From Acidobacteriota bacterium (GTDB lineage: Bacteria; Acidobacteriota; UBA6911; RPQK01; JAJDTT01), in NCBI GenBank assembly GCA_965209055.1, contig OZ242374.1, positions 5,664,001 to 5,728,000 of the forward strand: a stretch of DNA of 64,000 nucleotides. The letters are read 5' to 3'. The notes beneath the pieces were generated by a model. The model worked only from the letters and a program-made list of their open reading frames with translations, was not told where the DNA came from and did no database searches. Positions 59,637 to 64,000 of this stretch are shown one piece after another (the first letter of the stretch is position 1; every line of letters starts with the position of its first letter). The position numbers and the translations under genes were made by a program.

Positions 59637-61283
59637 TCATGATTCGGGCCGGGAAAATCGAATCGAGAAGAGGTTCGCATCCTTCATCACGAATCGGAGC
59701 CGCACCACCCGGCCCTCCAGCCGGCTCAAGTCGGAGCCATCCATCCAGCGGACGACCTGCCGGGTCTTGTCGCCAATGATCTCAGGACAATCGTCCAGCC
59801 GGAATCCCGGGAGCGGATGGTTTTCGGCGTCCTGGATTTCCACCCGCAAGCTGCCGGCCGCCGAGGTCGAGAAGTTCAGGACCAGTTTCTTCCCCTGGAA
59901 TTTCAGGGGACGGGTCACCATCTCGCCGCCATCGTAATCCGCGTGCAGGGAGGCAAATCCGTCAACGCGCAAAGTGTAGCGGCGCACATGATCCGAAGGC
60001 AGCTCGTAATGACGCGTTACGTAGAAGGAAATCTCCTCCTCGGCGGTGGGGACGATCCCGACTCCGGGAAAGTTCGTCCGAGTGCCCCAGTTCTCGAGTC
60101 CCGGACCCGGCCGCAAAAAGGCTTCGGGAAAGGTCCGGTCATACCGGTCCCCTCCGCGGCTGCTCAGGAGGATGGCGTCCGAACAGTTTTTCCAGGTCCA
60201 CCAGGGCATCCCTTCCGGCTGGATGGACCGGCCCTCGTCGTCGCTCAAAGCTTGCTGGCCAGGCAGGTAGCGCGCGGCCAGGCCGATGTAGAGATGGGGC
60301 GCTCGAAAATAGGGTTGGGTCGCGCTGGTATAGAGCTGTTCGTCCACGGTGGGAGGATACTGGCTGAATTTCATCGTCTGCCAGTCACTCCAGTGGACCA
60401 GATCTGTAGAGACGGCCCGCTGAACGGTCCGGATTACCCCGGTTCTCTTCCAGGTCCGGCCGCCGTCCGCGGAGTAGCGGAAAGCGTCGTCTCCGGCCCT
60501 ATCCCCGTTGAGAATGGAGAACTCACCCTCATTGGTGAGCAATGACCGGAACGAGGCGGGATCGTCATCCAAACGCCGAATCTTCAATCCCAGTTCGATG
60601 TTGGAACGTCCGAACGCCACATAACAGTTTTCCGTTTCACTCCAGAAAAGACTCGTGGCTTCGATGGAAGGCCGGTCGTGGAGCTTCCTCCAACGGATGC
60701 CATCAGCCGAAACCAGGATCCGGGATCCGACCTCGGGCGTTGATCTCGGCGGCGCCTTCACCGCCTTGAAACGCTCTGAGGGAGGCACCCCGGGACGGGC
60801 ATCCAGGAAGGGAGTGAATCCACTGGAATCGAACAGGGCGTTGTTGTTCCGCGTCCCCACAATCTCGACCAGACCCAGGTTCGGTTTGGACCATTGGATC
60901 CCGTCAGAGCTCGCCGCGTAGCATGTGGACTCGGTCAGCTCCTCCGTTTTCGGGTTCCAGACCACGCCCCGGTAGTACATGTGGTAGCTTTCCTCGTCCT
61001 TGACGACGATGGGAAAGGCGGAACCCAGACCTTCCCAGGGCCGGTCGAACTCGATGGCCGTCTCCGCCGGGCGGGGGTGATGCAGTTGGAGACGGATTCC
61101 CTCCAACCGGTGGATCAGGTAGTGATCCACGAACAGCTCCAACCGAGAGCCGATGTCTAGAACCGGCTCGGGTCCTGTCGCGGCAATACCATTCCCCAAG
61201 AGGAGAGCTGCACCCGAACCCAAAAGGAACCCTCGTCCAAGCTTCCGGCTGAAGCACCGTTTCGTGGGTGGACTCTTGCTCAT
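59637..61283 (-). CDS. Secreted family X propeller-like protein
   Basis: LELFVDH, RPWEG, SSDGIQWSKPNL, LRVDGF, TSAAGSLRVE, DANLFSIRF; closest to 40500..42023. Confidence 0.75.
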   Translation of the reverse strand: MSKSPPTKRCFSRKLGRGFLLGSGAALLLGNGIAATGPEPVLDIGSRLELFVDHYLIHRLEGIRLQLHHPRPAETAIEFDRPWEGLGSAFPIVVKDEESYHMYYRGVVWNPKTEELTESTCYAASSDGIQWSKPNLGLVEIVGTRNNNALFDSSGFTPFLDARPGVPPSERFKAVKAPPRSTPEVGSRILVSADGIRWRKLHDRPSIEATSLFWSETENCYVAFGRSNIELGLKIRRLDDDPASFRSLLTNEGEFSILNGDRAGDDAFRYSADGGRTWKRTGVIRTVQRAVSTDLVHWSDWQTMKFSQYPPTVDEQLYTSATQPYFRAPHLYIGLAARYLPGQQALSDDEGRSIQPEGMPWWTWKNCSDAILLSSRGGDRYDRTFPEAFLRPGPGLENWGTRTNFPGVGIVPTAEEEISFYVTRHYELPSDHVRRYTLRVDGFASLHADYDGGEMVTRPLKFQGKKLVLNFSTSAAGSLRVEIQDAENHPLPGFRLDDCPEIIGDKTRQVVRWMDGSDLSRLEGRVVRLRFVMKDANLFSIRFSRPES

Positions 61284-61911
61284 ACCGACCTCCTTGCAGT
61301 CCCTGGCGAAAGCCTGATTTCACACGTTCACGTCCGATTCGCAACCCGACGTTGATCCCGCGTCGTTCCGGATTGAGGAGGCGCCTGCCGGCAGATCGGG
61401 TCAAAGAGCCTCCTGCGGGTCAGAACGATCTCCCGGAAGAACCCCAAATCTCGGATGGATTTGCTCTCAATCGTGCTTCCATCCTGGACCATCTGTCAAT
61501 GGCCATTAACTGTCATGGTTTTCGGTCTGTCCCGCGTAGGGAGCGGAGCGACCGAAGCGGGGCAGACCGACGGAACCCTGGGGGCCTCATGACACGGTGT
61601 CCCCGGCGGCGAGAAGTTCACCACATCTTTGGCCGGCGGCAGGATGGATCGCCTTGGAGAGTTCGGATTTTTGGAGTGTATGCACCACGCAAACGCGTGC
61701 TGGAAGTCAGCTTCAGACCGATCCCGCCAGCGGACTGGAGAAACTGACGCCGACGTGGATCACTAGCTCGATCGTGTGCTGCGACCCCCTCGACTCCGAA
61801 AGCATCAGCGAACATCTCCCTGGCCATCTCGATTTCTTCCTGGAGAAGTGCCGGCAAGTGAACGAGGAGGATTGCCGCCCGGCCTCATTGACGGCCGCTG
61901 GACGGCTTTCC

Positions 61912-62220
61912 TGTGCCGGCCAGTGGAGCGGCACGGAATGCTGGATGGAGTTGTCCAACGCGCCCGGGTGCTACGTTTGGAATGGTGCTCTCCTGCCGGA
62001 GCAGACCGTGACCTGGACGGGCGACTGTGCCGGGGAGCTCGCCCAAGGGAAGGGAACCCTCTAATGGGCCTGGGACAGGGGCCGAGGCGAGGAGACCGCG
62101 GAAGAAACCGGGCATCCGCGGGCTGGCAAGAAGTGGCAGGGCCAGGGGATCACGCGCAACGGGAATGGTACCGTCCATGAAGGGACCTTTGAACCCCTCA
62201 CCATCGGCTCCTAGCCTTTG
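61912..62220 (+). pseudogene. Fragment of a Cys/Trp-rich protein with MORN-like tail and in-frame stop
   Basis: CAGQWSGTECWMELSNAPGCYVWN...VTWTGDCAGELAQGKGTL*WAWD... Confidence 0.5.
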
Positions 62221-62370
62221 ATATCAAACGTGCATTGACCGACTGCACCATGGCACGGGTCAGCCGCTTGAAGTTCTCAAGGGCCGTGTCTCCGGGAACG
62301 TCCAGATCGAACTCCTCCTCCAGTTCGGCCTTGTTCGGCTGATAGCTGTGTCACACCAATTCGATTCGGA
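62198..62370 (-). pseudogene. Small-protein remnant with a YQPxKAELEE motif
   Basis: RIELV*HSYQPNKAELEEEFDLDVPGDTALENFKRLTRAMV...; a TGA interrupts the frame. Confidence 0.4.
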
Positions 62371-62812
62371 ACTCTCGTATGCAATCCCCATTTATTCCCA
62401 TCGGTTTCTCCATCCCGTTCTTCATGGAATCGAAGACCGGCCCAAGCCGGTGATCATCAAGGGGGCGGCCGATGAAGAAAACCGCCCCCGACATCGTTCC
62501 GGGACCGGGCCGAATGGCAGGTGTCACGTCCATCCCCATTTGGGAACGATTGCCTCTCATCCTCGCTAAGGGGAGGAGTCCTTCGGTCGGAAACCAGATA
62601 TTGATCTCCTTACACGCTCCGCTCCCAATATCAGGGCCGCTGGAAATAGAAGCCACCAGGACGAACCGTCCGTTCCGATTCCCAGGACCTTCATTGCAAT
62701 ACCGACCACAAATACCATTGCCATTACGGCCTCGATGTTCGTAACGCCCTACCGACTAACCTCTTTGCTTTCCATGCATCCCCCAATACTTATCGGAACT
62801 CGTCCGGCCCCA

Positions 62813-64000
62813 CTACTCCAGCGGGGGGATGGGTTTCACTCCAGCACCGTGATGAGACAGTTTCGGCGTCAGATCGCCGTGGACAGTCACACCCTGTCCA
62901 AAGTTGATGATTGTACGGGTTCCGGCGATGCCGTCGAAGTTCCCGACGATCCAACCGTAGCCGACGAAGGCTCTATCTTCCCCGACGATCTCGGCCAAAC
63001 GCACAGTATACGTCTGTCCTGGAACCAGCATCCCATTCTCATCCAGGCCGCTGCCGGGTGAATCTCCCGTCGTCTCATAGATCATCGGTTCGTCGTCGTC
63101 CCGGTGGTAGAGGTAAATCTCCAGCGTCCCCACCTTGTCTTCTCCCTCGTAAGGGCTCCCAGCCGTATCGACTCCCTCGGGAGCCGAGAGCACGTTGCTC
63201 ACTGATAGGTACGTGTCGATGACCTGATCCGGATCTTCACTCGGGATGCTCACCAGATAGCTGGCGAAGACGGCGGATTGGTTCGACAAGGGGTCGACCG
63301 CCACGTCCACCTCAGCCGATGCCGAGCCTCCTTGCACGTCGGAGACGTCCACCCGAATCGCCATCGCTCCGGCCTCAGCCGGTGCCCGCCACCGCGCCGT
63401 CGCGCCGTCGGTCTCCCCGACGAAGCTGCCCGACTCGGCACTCCACGAATAGGACAACTCGTGGCCGTCCGGATCCGATGCCCGGGCCTCCAGCCGGACT
63501 GAAAGGCCCTGGCGCACCCGGCACATTTGTTCGCAGGAGAGAGACACCGTGGGCGGAGAGTTCACGTTGATCTCCACGGTGGATGAACCCGAGGCCCCGC
63601 GCCGGTCGAAGACCTCGACCTTCACGTGATACCGTCCGGCCACAGGAGGCGCTTGCCATCTTGCTGTCGCTCTCGATGTGACTCCAATGAAGCTGCCCTG
63701 TTTCGCACTCCAGCGGTAGGACAGTCCGCCACCGTGCGGGCCCGATGCCGTGGCCTGCAGGCGCACCTCCCCTCCAGGAGACACCTCGCACGGCTCGCAC
63801 GAGGCCGACAGCGCCACGGCGGGAGGTGTGTGCAAGTCCAGGCTCACTGAGACTGGCGCGTTGTCGGCGAAATTCGGGGCAGAGGAGAGAACGAAACCAA
63901 AATCAAAGGGGCCAGCGCTGATGACCCAATTCTTCAGCGCCGCAGAGAAGCTTCCGAAATTCAGCGTCGCTGCGGCCACGAAGTTACGGGGGACTGGTTT
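62813..64000 (-). CDS. C-terminal part of a surface protein with tandem PKD/Ig-like repeats (runs off the window)
   Basis: Two repeats PP.V...C..C.V..G..VRL.A.AS.P.G..LSY.WSA..GSF.G....ATARW.AP; frame stays open to 64000. Confidence 0.8.
   Translation of the reverse strand, partial: KPVPRNFVAAATLNFGSFSAALKNWVISAGPFDFGFVLSSAPNFADNAPVSVSLDLHTPPAVALSASCEPCEVSPGGEVRLQATASGPHGGGLSYRWSAKQGSFIGVTSRATARWQAPPVAGRYHVKVEVFDRRGASGSSTVEINVNSPPTVSLSCEQMCRVRQGLSVRLEARASDPDGHELSYSWSAESGSFVGETDGATARWRAPAEAGAMAIRVDVSDVQGGSASAEVDVAVDPLSNQSAVFASYLVSIPSEDPDQVIDTYLSVSNVLSAPEGVDTAGSPYEGEDKVGTLEIYLYHRDDDEPMIYETTGDSPGSGLDENGMLVPGQTYTVRLAEIVGEDRAFVGYGWIVGNFDGIAGTRTIINFGQGVTVHGDLTPKLSHHGAGVKPIPPLE

Overview
High-GC bacterial window, most consistent with an Acidobacteriota-type genome (inferred from a GWxTD protein, a CarboxypepD_reg-type TonB receptor and a DUF1501/DUF1549/DUF1553 cluster); the sulfatase, paralogue and toxin-antitoxin load suggests a host-associated or marine lifestyle. 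It has no rRNA, tRNA or CRISPR array. Main blocks: (1) a tandemly duplicated pair of amidohydrolases, one with intact metal ligands and one without; (2) transport genes and a DUF433/DUF5615 TA pair; (3) a PVC-type DUF1501 cluster; (4) an accessory patch at about 15.3-22.9 kb with a complete IS5 inside a Fic remnant, a UDG-like gene, an orphan antitoxin, and a two-gene module of a RecQ-PRTase fusion plus DprA with two extra wHTH-like domains, bracketed by a ~0.6 kb diverged direct repeat of a host gene's 3' end (best candidate for an undescribed defence or DNA-processing system); (5) PdxA, an MBOAT/SGNH pair, a cysteine hydrolase, a ferredoxin, a PafB/PafC-like WYL pair and a metal-site-deficient SodC-fold lipoprotein; (6) a large glycan/sulfate-ester catabolic region with three sulfatases, Gfo/GH109 oxidoreductases, an MFS transporter, a TonB receptor and five intact paralogues of an uncharacterised secreted propeller-like family; (7) decayed gene fragments and a truncated Ig/PKD surface protein at the right end. 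All family assignments come from motif recognition by eye, not database searches.
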